Source of the DNA: Podarcis filfolensis
Lineage: Eukaryota
Assembly: GCA_964270895.1 (NCBI GenBank)
Contig: OZ185438.1
DNA length: 64,000 bases
Reading direction: 5' to 3' (one strand)
Positions 39,009 through 53,119 of the stretch are shown here, one piece after another. Made by a program: the position numbers and the translations under genes. Position 1 is the stretch's first letter. Each line of letters starts with the position of its first letter. The notes under the pieces are model-generated. The model did not search any database. It saw only the letters and a list, made by a program, of their open reading frames with translations, and was not told the DNA's origin.

Positions 39009-42000
39009 AGCAGGAGATGACTTCGCCCTAGCTACACAAAACTTTCCTCATTTGAACATCCTAGTGCAGGGGTCACCAACATTTTTGGACTAGTGGGCAC
39101 AGGGATGGTGCTGGGTACCACTCACAAAATGGCTGTCGCGTAAGAGGCATGCCATAACACAAAATGGCTGCTATGAAGGAGTATGGCATAGCACAACATT
39201 AGAGAAACAACCATCCTTATGTCCTGTTGGCCCTTATTATGGATCTCTCTCTCTCTTGAATACAGATGCACAGTTATGCTATTAACTGACTAATAACAAT
39301 AGGAAACTTTCCTCAGTACCAGAAAAATATATACACAACTGTCATTTCACAGAAACCTCTTATAAGGCATCTCCGTATTTTGCTCCACAGCTTTCTTTCT
39401 AGGAGGACTAGAGACTTGCTTTTTTAAATAAAGGAAATGAAAGCTTGGAGACTGAGGCATCTACCCAGGGACACCACTGGAAGCCTCCATCGGCAGGTTG
39501 GAGGACCTCTGTGCTATGGTCTCCTATTTCACCTCTGAAACTTTCCAACATACCAACACCCCTTTTCTGAACTGTGGGGCAAGCACAACTGGGGCCACGC
39601 TTAGGCAATGTCTGTGACCGGAAACAGTTTTCGTACCGTTACCAAGAATTACTTGAAAATGTTTTCCATGCTTCAATCTCTGTGTCCGCTTATATTTTAC
39701 AGCAGCACCATCTCCAGGGCTTTTTTATTTGCAGTGATATTTTTGGCCATCTTGCTTCAGCGAGCATTCTCTTTAAAAGAAATTGTTATTTTGTCAGGCA
39801 GCTCGCAAATAATCCCAAAGTAAAAAAGGACTGGAAAGTATCATGCCAGTTGATGGGGGGGAGGTTCTTGTGTGGGTAAATAGTCAATACTCTCCCCCCC
39901 CCTTTCCCTGGTGCTAATATCCCCTCATGCATCCACTGGCAGTTTAGAAAAGAAAAGGATTCAGTGAACTGAAGAATTGTTCACACCTTTCATGCTGCAC
40001 CATCTGGATCGTTCGCACAGAATAGCAAGGAATGCAAAATATGAGGGCATTTTCCCTCTAAATACTGTGCAGAGCGCATATGCTAGGTAGATGGAGAGAA
40101 AAGGCTTCAGTCCATAAATTGCTTATTTTGTACCACCTGCTACTTGGGAGGAAGGATTAAAAAAGGGAGGGGGGGGACAGAGCAGGATAAGAAGACTACG
40201 CCAAAGTGATTGCAATAAAGGGTTCTGTCAAGTGGGAGAAGGAGGGAGGAGATGAAGGCGAAAAGATGAAACCCAGAAAAGAAAGCAAACCTACTGTTGG
40301 TCTGCCACAGCAGAAGAACATGAGGAAGCTCATCAGCTTCTAGCCATTTTTTTTTGGGCTATAAACACAGCTAAAGGGCTGCTGAGGGGACGAGGAGGGA
40401 CTTGCAGCAGTCCATGCAGGGAGAAATCCACCTAGGACAGATTATTTAAATCAGCCTTTGGGGAACTGGTGCACCCCAGATGTTTTGGACCTGATTTTCT
40501 ACTTTCCTTGGGGAGAGTAAAATATGCTTGTTATTTGTTGGCTGGTTGTTGTTGTTTCTTAAAGGCAAGCCGTGTCTATCACAGCACTTCATCTCCAAAA
40601 GATATACTATGGAAGTTTGAGGTTTCGTAATTTTCCTCCACTTTGCACAAAGGACGCAGGATAATTTACAATGCTAATACATTCACCATTTCAACAGCAA
40701 AGTTAATTAAGAGCTCGAATATAAAAAGTGCATTTGTTTCACATTTCCATGTCACTGATATTATGGTTCCTCATGATTTCTGGCCCTCCCCCAACCAGGC
40801 TAATTATGCCTAGAACAATATAGTGCTGGCTCTTTTTCACACATCTAAGAAGAAGCAGAGGGCTCTGCTAGAAACTTCCTTTTTTCCCTGACAAGTATCC
40901 TTGCTTAACAATTCTTCATAATTGCTATTGGCGATAGCTATGATCTCATGAACCTAATTACCCAGGAGAATAACAGTGCTTGCTGTTATTTTTAAAGGTT
41001 CCTGAATATATATATATATAGTCTTTTCAATTACCATTTATTCAACAGGTTTGCTTTGATTAACCCCCTGGGCCCCTGACGACAGAACAGATCATATTTC
41101 AATATAGTAGTGTCCTTAAGATCTGATATCGAAGAGCACACCAGCTTTTAAAAAACCTCTAGCTTTGTAATCACCATCATATTATATAGATTTACTGGTG
41201 ACCCTTAGGCCGTGGAAGAAATTTGTCTGGTGTGTGTGTACATATATGCCATGATTAATGTACTAATTATCTAATCGTATTTGAATATCTGCATTAGCTA
41301 TTGCAGTTATATTACTCATTGTATTCAAAAGTAAAATCTTTTAGCACAATATATTCAATTCAGGACTGATGACAATGGAAGCGTTTCTTTTCTGGGATTA
41401 TGATTATGATTATTATTAATCAGTTAAAGACCTTGCGAGAGACTGACTTATTTATTTAGATATAAGACGTGGGAACCAAGTGATTAATAGAATAAGCGAA
41501 GGGGGGGGTCCAATCAAAAGTAATTTAAGTCACTTTCAGTAGAATCCTAGGTGTTTTTACTCAAAAGGGAAGTCCGCTGTGTTCAATGGGGTTCACTCCC
41601 AGAAAATTGTTTTTAGGATTGTAGTCAAAAGGAACTTCTACTCTGTAAATCATATTGAAAAATGAGCCGTGCCATTCCTATTGCCCAGTCCAGGGGGTGG
41701 GTGCCAAGGTTGAGAATGTTTACCAGGATCCCAAGGAAGGCTGACCACTTCAACAGTGAAATCACTTCCACATTCCAAGGAGTACCAAAAAATGTCAAGA
41801 ACAATGAGTGATTCCTCTTTCCATGTTGCGCAACAGATTAAGGAGGTCCAAGATCCCCTCTAATTTGAAACTGGAACTGCTCTTGCACAAATCCCATTCA
41901 TTACAATGAAATTGTTCAAGATCCAGTTCTTGGTGGAATTGCTCAAGTAAAAATGTCCTGCATAGTTTCTCTGGAAAAAAACTCAGGTGCAAGCTAAATT

Positions 42001-42759
42001 ATACATATACCCACTTATTTTTAATTGAGCACACTGACATGGAGCCCGCCTGCAATGTAGGTTTAACCACATTGTCCTCACTATGTAATAGCTAAATAAA
42101 TCATAGGTACATTTTAACAGGTTACTGAAATGCTGGGCAGGGTTTATGTACACTGTACAAGTGAATTCATTCTACAAAACCACAACTCTGTAGAATGTCC
42201 TAGGTATAACTATTCCTTTAGAGTAATGGATATATTCATGCAAGTCACATCATCTTAGCATCGCCTGGGGAAAAAAATTACATTATTCAGGCTTATGATC
42301 TGGTGAAATAGACATGCACTCATATGTGCACATTTCATGAGTGATCTTCAGAAACTGAGCCTGAACACGTAAGGAAAAGATATATACAACATAAGGAAAA
42401 GATACATACCACAACATGGCAGCCCTGCACACTGGGTACATCTGCTTCACCCACAATCATTCTGTGTTGACAGGAAATTTCTGAAGGAAGCTTCCACATG
42501 CCTAGAGGCCTCATTCAGACCTTTGCGCAAAGGAATGTAACTCTTGGGACAGGGAGAGGAGGTTTGTTACTCCTGCATTAGGTCTTATATTTCCCCCCAA
42601 CATGGGACCATCGGACCCTCAGGTCAGCTCATGACAACACAAACAACAAACTAGCACACTATATCTTTTTTTAAAACCCACACACATAGACAAAGCCTTA
42701 AAACAGCAATAGATAGCTCTCCATCTCAGTCTCCTAACACTTACTGAAATAAAAATGTG

Positions 42760-42980
42760 CTTGCCAGTTTCTAGAACTGGCTTGGAAAGCCTCTCTGGGG
42801 AAGAAAATCCAAATATGGAGTGTTCCCTATCCCTTGTCGCCACCGATTTGACCTCAGATGCTGAAAGGGTTCTGAGCAGAGCTTCCTCTGAGAATCTTTG
42901 TGTGCAGCAGTCTGATAACAGGGGAGACATTTACAGAGGTAACTACAGTCAAGGCCATTTAGGACTTTAAAGGTTACGAA
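42760..42980 (-). mobile_element. Degraded L2 3' fragment
   Basis: FKVLNGLDCSYL and EALLRTLSASEVKSVATRDR motifs in two frames. Confidence 0.55.
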
Positions 42981-45900
42981 AAAGCAACATGCGATTACTG
43001 GCAATCATATGCATGGGAATGGTACTCAGGAGGGATGGAAGGAAGTGCCCTTTCTGTGGTGAGATGGGCAGAGGGATGCCTGAGTTGCCTAGGCAACTAG
43101 CTCTCCAAAAACAAGGTCACAGGCGATAAACTATATCTGAAGATTCATCAGAATCCCATTTGTTTACGCTAACCAAGTCTCAGGAGCGCGTATTTCTCAT
43201 TCGATTAGTTGATGACTAGTTTTAACAGAAGGGTCTGTGATAAATACATTTGGATTATATCTTTTAGAAGGTAGAGTCAAGAATGGCCTTTCGACAGGGA
43301 CGAGAAGACATTTTTTCACTTTGTACCAACGAAAAGCCCTGCTTAACATTTTGAAAGTGTTGACGCATTTTATATTAACAACACACATCCGCCCATTGCG
43401 ATGCAGAAGATTCCACATGTTGCTGAAATGTATGAAAATGTCTATGTAGATATGCAACCATCCTCATGAATTGGCTGAATGTATCTTCTAATGAGGATGG
43501 AGACACACTGCTAGATGTTGTGTGTAAGCAGAGCTAGAATGAAACCATTAGCTAGTCCTAATAAATGAATGACAGTTTAGAAACAAAACAACAACAATAA
43601 CAAAAGCCAGTAGGAATTCATTTCTTTCAAAAGAAAAGAAGAAGAAACCAACAGTGTGTTGTTTTAAGCAAGCAAATGTGAGAGGTGTTTAATCTGGAGA
43701 CATTTCTGCTCTTAAATTAGAGCAATACTAAAATATTGGAAAAATATGTTGAGCTTAAAATCAATGGGTGTAGTGATGGATGTCACTGTCAAACAGAAAA
43801 CCTGAATACATATACAGAGCTTTGGGAAAACTCACGTAATTCACTGTTTTTTTTATATATCTGTCAGTCAAAGAGATTCAGTGACTACAGCCTAACTTTT
43901 TTACATGTCTGACAGAGCTAAGGTGATGTCACCTATTGTAAATAAAAAAGAGCATTTATGCTAGATATGCAGATAGTTTGCAAAAAAGAAAAGAAAAAGA
44001 AGTTAGCCAACATATACCATTTCTGTCAAACTCTCTGACTGCAAGATAGACACACATACATAAATAAAATAGTAACAGCCTTCACTACAAATGGAATGGC
44101 GGGACAAATAATTGAAACTTATGCAGATAAACTTTTTGAAGTAGTTCATAGTCTCATATAAAGTACGAGCATTTTGCTTAAGGGACATCAGTTAAAAAAA
44201 ATACACACTGAGGTCCTGTAGAAAGCAACAAATATATTCAAGCATCTTCTCCAATAATCTGTCAAGTTGCTGACAAACAACCAAAACACACTACATTAAT
44301 GTGAAAGTTTTAAAGTGTGACCCATTAGGTCCATTACTATTTTTAAATAGCAGTCATTTGGTGCAAACTATGCATTTTTTCCATTAATTGTCACTTTCCC
44401 AAGAGAATTCTTACTTCTCCAATTTTAGAGAGAGGAAACTTTGCCAAAAAACCCCCAACCATTAATAATACCAATACTAATAATGATAATAATAATTTAT
44501 TATTTATATGCCACCCATCTGACTGGGTTGCCCTTCAAACACAGTAAAACATCAAACATTTAAAAACTTCTCTGCACAGGTCTTTTCAAGGCTTATATAT
44601 TTTAAATGTGGGGATCTTGGGTCTCTAGCGTTTGGCTAAAATGAGCAGATTTGTTTCTTGTGAAAATAACTTTTTAGAGCTTTAGCTGCTAAATCATAGA
44701 ACATCAGTTTCTTCCCACTCTTGTAAGAATGTTTCTCATGCTCAGTTATATATAGGTTATCAAAACAATTCTGTAAAGACCAGAACTGATAGATTTACCA
44801 GTTGGCTGTTTCTTAAAAGAGAAAAGCCAATGCCTTTGGCAAGTGGTTTCTTTAAATCTGCCAGATAAAATGGGAAGAGCATTCCAAGTCCCAACATTCC
44901 TGATTTAAACCTCACATTTAAGCTTGTCTCCTTTCAGTAGGAACACTTTTGATCTTTCAGAAATGCAAAATATTTCAGCACACCCAGGAGAGGAATTTTC
45001 CCATATCTACTCTAGTCAAATCTGAACTCTGACTGTTCTTGGATGCAATTTCAGCATTTGAAAAGTTAGCATCAACTTCTGACCTTTTATGTTTCTTCAT
45101 CTATGCCTTTAAAGAAAAATTTCTTGGGTAAGGAATCAAACAGTTCAATATGTCACCACGGCTTAATAAAAAGCTGTTGCATATAAATATATCTGAATTA
45201 GGTTTTTAGTCAGTATGGAAAACAAGTTTCCTCAAACTACCATTCAGAATGTCTCAAAATAAATCCGCTCACTTAAGGAAAGACTCTAATATTGATTACT
45301 TGGCTTTTTATCTACAGGAAAATATCTGCTTGTTGATAAAAAGGAGTGTGGAAATGTGTCTCAAAATCAATGGAGCCTCCCCTAAAAGTTCACAGCCCTG
45401 GTTTTTGAGAAACAGCTGATGACTCTTAAGAGCAAAAATAGTTATAATAAAAATCAAAGTGAACTCCTGAAAGATCATCAATAAGCAACCTGCATGTATA
45501 GGAGGCATCAAACTGTGTTCATGCTTTATTTCGGTCTCTCTTTCTTTCTCTCTTTAAATTACAGCTAATAGCTTTATGCACTTGCCCAGCTGGAGCCTTA
45601 ATAGACTGAAAAACTTCAATTAATCAAGGTAAACCCACAATTTCCACAAAGAGTCTCATTTGCTAGTACTGAAAATAGGAATTTGGAAGAAAAACATAGG
45701 GCAGAGACATCAGAAGGGCTTGCTGTAACAAAGGTTGAGAGTCTGAGGGCATCCCTGCCAGAGTTCTGTGGCTTCTAGGGCTTAGTTGGAACCATAGCTA
45801 ACCCATTTCGAACAGCAGGAATCAACTGTAGAACATATGAAATGGAACACTGGTCTGCATTGTAGCACATGTTCTAAAGGGTAGAAGCCCCTTCCAAGGA

Positions 45901-46014
45901 TGGGGAACCTCTGGACCTCCAGATGTTGTTGGACAACAACATCCATCATCCCTAACCCTGGGAGCTGGAATCTAACAATATATGAAGTCCCCCAATCCTG
46001 TTTTCCATGCTGCT

Positions 46015-46704
46015 ATCTTAAAAAGCAGAGACATCACCTTGCCAACAAAGGTCCGTATAGTTAAAGCTATGGTTTTCTCAGTAGTGATGTATGGAAGTGA
46101 GAGCTGGACCATAAAGAAGGCTGGTCACGGAAGAATTGATGCTTTTGAATTATGGTGCTGGAGGAGACTCTTGAGAGTCCCATGGACTGCAAGAAGATCA
46201 AAACTCTACATTCTTAAGGAAATCAGCCCTAGGTGATTTTTAAAGGCAATATTAAGCTTAGAAATGCGTTAATAATATAAATTTAAACGAAAGATTGGCA
46301 GAGAAACTGAGGGAAGTCATAAAATAGACGAATGTGTGACAAAATGTGAATTGATTGTATAAAATTGTTTTGAAAATGAATAAAAATATTATTAAAAATA
46401 AAATAAAATAAGGAAATCACCCCTGAGTGCTCACTGGAAGGACAGATCGTGAAGCTGAGACTCCAATATTTTGGCCACCTCATGAGAAGAGAAGACTCCC
46501 TGGAAAAGACCCTGATGTTGGGAAAGATGGAGGGCACAAGGAGAAGGGGACGACAGAGGACGAGATGGTTGGACAGTGTTCTCGAAGCTACCAGCATGAG
46601 TTTGACCAAACTGCGGGAGGCAGTGGAAGACAGGAGTGCCTGGCGTGCTCTGGTCCATGGGGTCACGAAGAGTTGGACACGACTAAACGACTAAACAGCA
46701 ACAA
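46015..46704 (+). mobile_element. Bov-B LINE 3' end interrupted by an L1-like insertion
   Basis: ILKSRDITLPTKVRIVKAMVF...ILKEISP (46015-46230) resumes as LKLRLQYFGHLMRRED...TRLND after 46409. Confidence 0.93.
46231..46408 (+). mobile_element. Short L1-like 3' end nested in Bov-B
   Basis: AT-rich body ending in (AAAAT)n; 16-bp TSD TAAGGAAATCA(G/C)CCCT (46215-46230 / 46409-46424). Family assignment is inferred from the tail and TSD length. Confidence 0.75.
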
Positions 46705-49418
46705 TGTCTACCTAACAGGGAATTTGGAGACAAGATTTCTATTCTGGGGGGTGATCCTTGAAGAAAGGGAAATGTAACACACACTCCAGACTAGATCACT
46801 TTCCAAGCACATCTGTTAACTTCATCAAGGCTGGCACTGCAAAGAAAGTCCAGTGGGCTGGTTCATACCAGCCCCGATGTATAGGTTCTACATAGCACAA
46901 GGGGAGCATATCCTCCCACACACCAGAGGTGAAAATACAGACACATTTGTAAAATATTTTTTCAAAGAAACTTACACGTGAGGATAGCTGACCAAGAGGC
47001 TCTGCCCCAGTTGGTCATTATTTATATTCTTACATTTACTGCATGGTTGAGAAAAACTGTGTATGCCCTTCCCATCTGATCACTGCCCTCTTTCCTATCC
47101 TGAGTGCTGGCAAATTATTATTATTATTATTATTTACAAAGTAAAAGCAGGGGCAACAATGCATGTGGAGAAACTTGAGAAATACTTTTTGTTCTCCGCT
47201 GGTATAGGATAGTTACTAACAAAAGACATCCAAGAGTCAGTGAATTTAGATATAACAGATGTGCCACAACTCAGCTTGTGGCTTTAATAAATAAATAAAT
47301 AAGCTGACAAACCGTAAGTGTTTCCTTTTCATTATCTGCCTATGATAACTATACATGTAACATTGCACGCACTTTCCTACTAATTCTTCTCTGAGAAAGG
47401 CATTATAAAAGTTTGCCACCTTTCTTGTGGAAATGCTTTTTTGCTTGAATTGACTTTCATCCTGCTGTTTTCTTGTTTTATTTAATGTTTATTTATGATT
47501 ACTATATCACATCCGGGCTCATGGCTTTCCCCCCAGCCAGAACTCACCTCTCAGGTGGGCGCCATTGCCACTCTAAGAGAACGAGGGAGGCCCTTATGCA
47601 ATGTTTCTTGAATTGACAGTATTCTTAGGTTCATTAATTTATCATTCAGAGTTCTAAATTCCACTAGCATATTCGGACCTCTGAGATTTTTAGTACTAAT
47701 GATCGTAAAATCTGTTTTGTCCAACCCTGATCTGGAAAACAGGAAGAGGGGATGTATGGAAAATTAAAATGGCAGTCTTAACCACACGACCTGCGCGTTT
47801 ACAGTCATTCACATCCCTGGAAGCACCCCTTTGTTCCAGAACCTATAATCCAGTCAAGGCACAGCAAATGCAGTGCTCAAAAACACATAACTCTTAATTA
47901 ATTTCCTGATTATGGGGCAATTTTGTTTGTTTTGTTTTTTGTCCAGAGCAGCACTTTCCAGGCATTCTCTCTCTTCATCTTCATTAAGGCTGATGGCTCT
48001 AATGAGCTTCCATTTCTTCTCGTTTGTGTGCCTGCTTGTATGTTTTCCCCCTGATTGTCGTAATTTACCCTCTTTAAAAAGTTGTCTGCTCTCCTGATGA
48101 GCTTTCTGCAATACCGGGAAGCAGATATGGTCACTGCCAAGCATATACTTGTCTCACCTTTCCAAAGAAATTAGACAAAAACTAGTTGCTGCTCTAACTA
48201 TGGACTTCCCAGGGGTACATCATAAAAGAGACCTAGATGGGCTGTGCCCAACACAGGAAAAACAACAGAGATTACAGTGTCAAAGGGTTAAATGTAATTG
48301 AGAAAAGAATGTGTTTCAGAAAGACGTCCTAAACCTGAGACAAACAGGGTTGCGCGGGGGGAGGTTGTTTCTCATTTTTCCAATCTTACGTTCAGTTCTC
48401 CACATCAGTTTGTGATGTTTTTTAAAAGCTCTTACAAAAATCGACCAGCATTTTAGCACGAAGTTCTGTTAATGTACACATGTGTGTATGAAATTTCCCT
48501 TAATATAAACATTTTTGCAAAGCAACTTCCCCCAACAGAACGCATTTTTGTATGTCGTTTTCACAAATATATGCAGCAACACTTTGCATAAATGAATATA
48601 CCGATCAAGATGGACCTATGAACTGACTTGGTACAAGACAGCTTCTTATGTTTCTACGAAATGTTGCAAAGGGCAGTGGAAATCCAGACTGCAAATTATC
48701 ATTAGACTGGCTGAACAGCTTATATTTCTTCCTGGGAGAAACTAATTACCTCTCACATTTAAGTACTGTTAACAACTAAGCCATCATATCACTGGCTAAA
48801 ATACATTCTTTTGCAGGATAGTGATGACTGAATGTATTCCCTGTTCCTCTTTTCATCTGGGAAATTAGGGATGAGGCTGTCAGTCCTGGAAGATCTGCAT
48901 TCTACCTTGCTGGCCTTTTCCACCTGCCCTACGAGGGAGGGGCCCTGACTGACTCCAGCTACAAAAGCTGAGGCTGCTGAACAGACTCTCGGACTGCGGT
49001 ATTGCTGGGCAAGGGGAAAGTTCCTGCTGTTACTGATATTACTTTTTTGCATCTTCATTTTTAGATCTTACAGTGATCAGTGTGGAAATTGTTCAATTAT
49101 GGTTGCGTGCTTTTTGATTTGTTGTATTTATTGCTTTTGTATACTTTTGTTATGTGTGTAATTAGGTAAACCTTTTTGTTATAAGCCTTTTTGAGTATGA
49201 TTAACTATGGAAAAGTGGCATACAAATTACATGATGATGATGATGATGTGATTTTAAAAAATCACCTAGACTAACTGTGGTAAGTCCATCTCTGAGCAGA
49301 TTAGGATGCACAGAGTCTTCATTTGCACCTGGGCACCACCCATCTGGTTTCTGTGATGAGTATTCTTGATTTGTGCAATACCTAATTCCAGTTGTGATAC
49401 TGCTGGCTTAATAAATAG

Positions 49419-49777
49419 GTAAAGGCAAAGGTAAAGGGACCCCTGACCATTAGGTCCAGTCGTGGCCGACTCTGGGGTTGCGGCGCTCATCTCACTTTAC
49501 TGGCCAAGGGAGCCGGTGTACAGCTTCCAGGTCATGTGGCCAGCATGACTAAGCCACTTCTGGTGAACCAGAGCAGCGCACGGAAACGCCGTTTACCTTC
49601 CTGCCAGAGCGGTACCTATTTATCTACTTGCACTTTGACGTGCTTTCGAACTGCTAGGTTGGCAGGAGCAGGGACCGAGCAACGGGAGCTCACCCCGTGG
49701 CAGGGATTCGAACCGCTGACCTTTTGATTGGCAAGTCCTAGGCTCTGTGGTTTAAACCACAGCGCCACCCACATCCC
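49419..49777 (-). mobile_element. Sauria SINE, full length
   Basis: Canonical structure; 15-bp TSD TGGCTTAATAAATAG (49404-49418 / 49778-49792). Confidence 0.96.
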
Positions 49778-52706
49778 TGGCTTAATAAATAGATAGCTAC
49801 AAATACCTTACCAAGGTGTTCTGACAAGGAGTCATTTATTTTATGAGCAGTGACAAAGGAAGGTAACTTTTTAAATTAAAAAAAATAACAAACCACAAAA
49901 AATCAGGATATACAATCAGCATTTTTGTTTGTGCTCATCTGCAGAAGGGGCTGAGTTACACAGCTCAGACAATACAGCAAACAGAAATGGCTTGTCTCAG
50001 CATTCTTTGAATTAAATGTACTCAATCAAGCCTACAGACAAGTCTATTAGACGCAGCAGAGCTATTATAGTGCGTGTAAAACATTTATTTCATTGGTGTA
50101 TGTTGGAATAGATGTTTCTAAATAAGGCTTTGTACAACGTATGGTTGTGCATTACTCTGGATTAAGAATAGGTCTTTGGAATCATTAATCCAGAGTGATG
50201 CATTTTTCAAAATTTCATCTGTGTTGCGAAATTCATTCTCTGCACACGTCTATTATTTCCCAATCATTTACACTGAAATAAACATTCATGCAGAATTCTG
50301 CTGCTTGGCTGCAACCAGGAGATCCGCTCTCTATCTTTAAATCGATGGATGGATGGATGGAAGCGGGAAAACAAAGTAGTCAGTTTCTCACCTGCACTCC
50401 CTCCCTTTTGAAATCCAGGTGTAGGAAGAGGAAAACAGTTAGGTGGGTAGAAGGGCAAAAGAGGAACAGACAAAAGATGGTGGGGCTGCTTCATCTCCTC
50501 GTTCATTGGTCAATTTAAAACTAAGCAAACTAACCTCTAGTATGCAACCTGGCAACCTTAATTTTATGATCAAAGTCCTTTCATGACCAGACTTCCCCAT
50601 ATTAAAGGTCTGATTACAAACAAGGAGACAGGAAATGAGACAAACTTGGAAAGCAGCATATTCCAGCTGAGATTCTATTATTTATCCGGTGAGAGTCAAT
50701 ACCAAATGGTCTGTTTGAAATCGCTTCTTGTGGATGCAAATCCCCAAATTTCACGTCGGGTGGCAATCTTTATAGTGCAGGCTTTGAAACTCAGGGCTAC
50801 ACTGACTGGGTAGTGTGTCCCAGACCTGGACCTGTTTTAATTCTTTGTATTACCTTTTTAACCTAATGTGCCGAGCCTATTTTGGGGCCATTATATGTTT
50901 TACATCTGCATTTTAGATTCCCGGCGCTGGCAACTAAATTTTTACATTATTGTTTTAGGGTAATTTAAATGTCATAATGCCAGTAATATCGTTTGAATCT
51001 TGTTAGGTTGCTTCTCTCTAGCATTTTTTTGTCTTATCCTGCTATGGCTGTATGCTAATGCAATAAAGGTTTGATGATGATGATGATGGTCTGGAATGCC
51101 AATGGAATTTCTGTTCCACTGAATCCTGTTTAACAGCTGTAGAGTTTTCTTTTGACTGTCACTACAAGGCAGCTGTACTAATCTATTCACATTAGTTTCA
51201 CCTGACTGCCTTGTTTAATGTAGGCATCGGCTAATTTGGGATCAACATGGCAATCAATTAAAATTCTGGGGTATGCTCTGAAATTTCTCAACTTTCCCAA
51301 CTCCCCAAATTTTCATATTTGCTGAAACGTTTCACTTTATTTGGAGTAGTACCCCTTCATACAGTAAAATAAGCCTGTTTACAAAAATTACCTTTTAATA
51401 ATAATTTTTAAAACTTAAGTTTGCTCACTAAGTACTCAACTTAAAATAAAATAAAAGAATGGATAGCTGTTACAGCTGCTGTGCCAAAACTAAAGTGCTC
51501 TATAGAGTGAGAACATCTCTACTGAATTAAATTATGTACTTAGAAGCTTTAATGCTTGGTTATAAGCATTTAAAATGGAAGGATGGGGAACGTGGATGCT
51601 GTTCTGGGTTAACTTTGTCTGTTATAAAAATGGGCCAATGAACGGGAGGGTTTTTGAGGGTGTGTGTGGGGGGAATGGAGAGCTGCTTCTTGAAGACATC
51701 TGTGTATGATTCTCCAGGGACCCAGGAAAATGCAGAGAAGACAGAGTACAGTTTTGCTAAAATAACTTTAGTATCAGGGAGTTCCTACAAGGGAGGCTGA
51801 AGAAAATCTTTTGTGGCTGCTTAATCAGCCATGTGTACGGAAAAAGAGTGTTAAGTAAAACCTGTGCTGGAGTTGGTCCAGGTACTGGTACATTAGAAGT
51901 GCTAGGGAAGAAATGGAATGGACTTCTAAACATTACCCTAGTCTTCTAATACAGATCCAAGCTGCAGAGAATCAGAAACAAGCCCAATGTACCACATTAT
52001 TTCGGCACTGCATTGTCTTCTTTCCCTCAAACAGTACCTAGGAACATCTCATTTTACACTCAAACAATTCTGTGAAATTGTTGTGCTTTCTCCAAAGCCA
52101 CTAAGCAGGTTCCATGGCTGCACAGAACTTTGCCCACACCTCCAAGTTCTACCAACATTTCAGTGGCTATGTATCAAATACTTATTTTTAATATAACTGT
52201 TTCTAGAAACCTCATGTTATGTTTCTAAAGTACACAGTACAGGTACCTGCTAAGAAAAATGAAGTAGCCTTCATGTATGCATAGATTTCTCTGTTTCCTA
52301 CACAAGAGTTGTAAGAATTGACAAAAAATACTGATTCTTAAACATCTTTGCAACATCCCTCCCAAAGCAACACCAACTGAAATCAATGCTCAACCTTAAA
52401 TAATGACAGTTTGTCGCCGCGATGGCTTAGTACTTTTGATTTTGTTCTCATCACCTCTAATTTAATATGTGGTTAAGCTGTTGTTGTTGTTTGTCAATCT
52501 AACCCAGGATAGCATTTGTATTAGTCCTTCCCACCTCAGATAATATTATTTAAATCAACCATGTCAATGAAAATTTGATTATCAATCCCATTATGTATGT
52601 ATCATCAGTGCAAAGAATTTCTGAGCAGGAAGACTGCTAAGAAGGAATCAAATTCTAGTTTTTATAGGTCAACGCCAACACACTGCCATCACACCTTACT
52701 GGCTCT

Positions 52707-53119
52707 ATCACAGAATTAAAGAGCAGGAAGAGATATTGGAAGTCATCTAGCCAACATCTTGCTCAATGCAGGATGCAACTATAGCATCCCTGGCAGAAGT
52801 CCAGCTTCTGCTTAGGCACCTCTAGCAAAGAAGAGCCCACAAGCTTTGTAAGCTGTCAAGACAGCTCTTACTGTTAGGAAGCTTCTCTTTTCTGAAATCT
52901 GCTTCCCTGTCACTACCATTGGTTCTAGTCCTGTCTTCTAGAGCAACACAGAACCAGTCTGCTCCATCCTCCATGCAACAAGCCTTCACATTTTTGAAGA
53001 TGGCAGTTCTTCTCAATCTTCTCTTGTCCAGGTGAAACATACTTTAGCTATTTCAATCCGTTCTGCATAGAACTTGGTTCCCAAACCCTTCACCACCCTA
53101 GCTGCCTTCCTCTGGACAC
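52707..53119 (-). mobile_element. Degraded CR1 LINE 3' fragment
   Basis: MFHLDKRRLRRTAIFKNVKAC...LEDRTRTNG resembles the CR1 ORF2 C-terminus (FSLEKRRLRGD...RTRSNG). Confidence 0.8.

Noticed and set aside
44974-44992. REST/RE1-like motif TTCAGCACACCCAGGAGAG (also partial sites at about 18105 and 39703)
   Set aside because: Spacing and right half do not match canonical TCAGCACCnnGGACAG.
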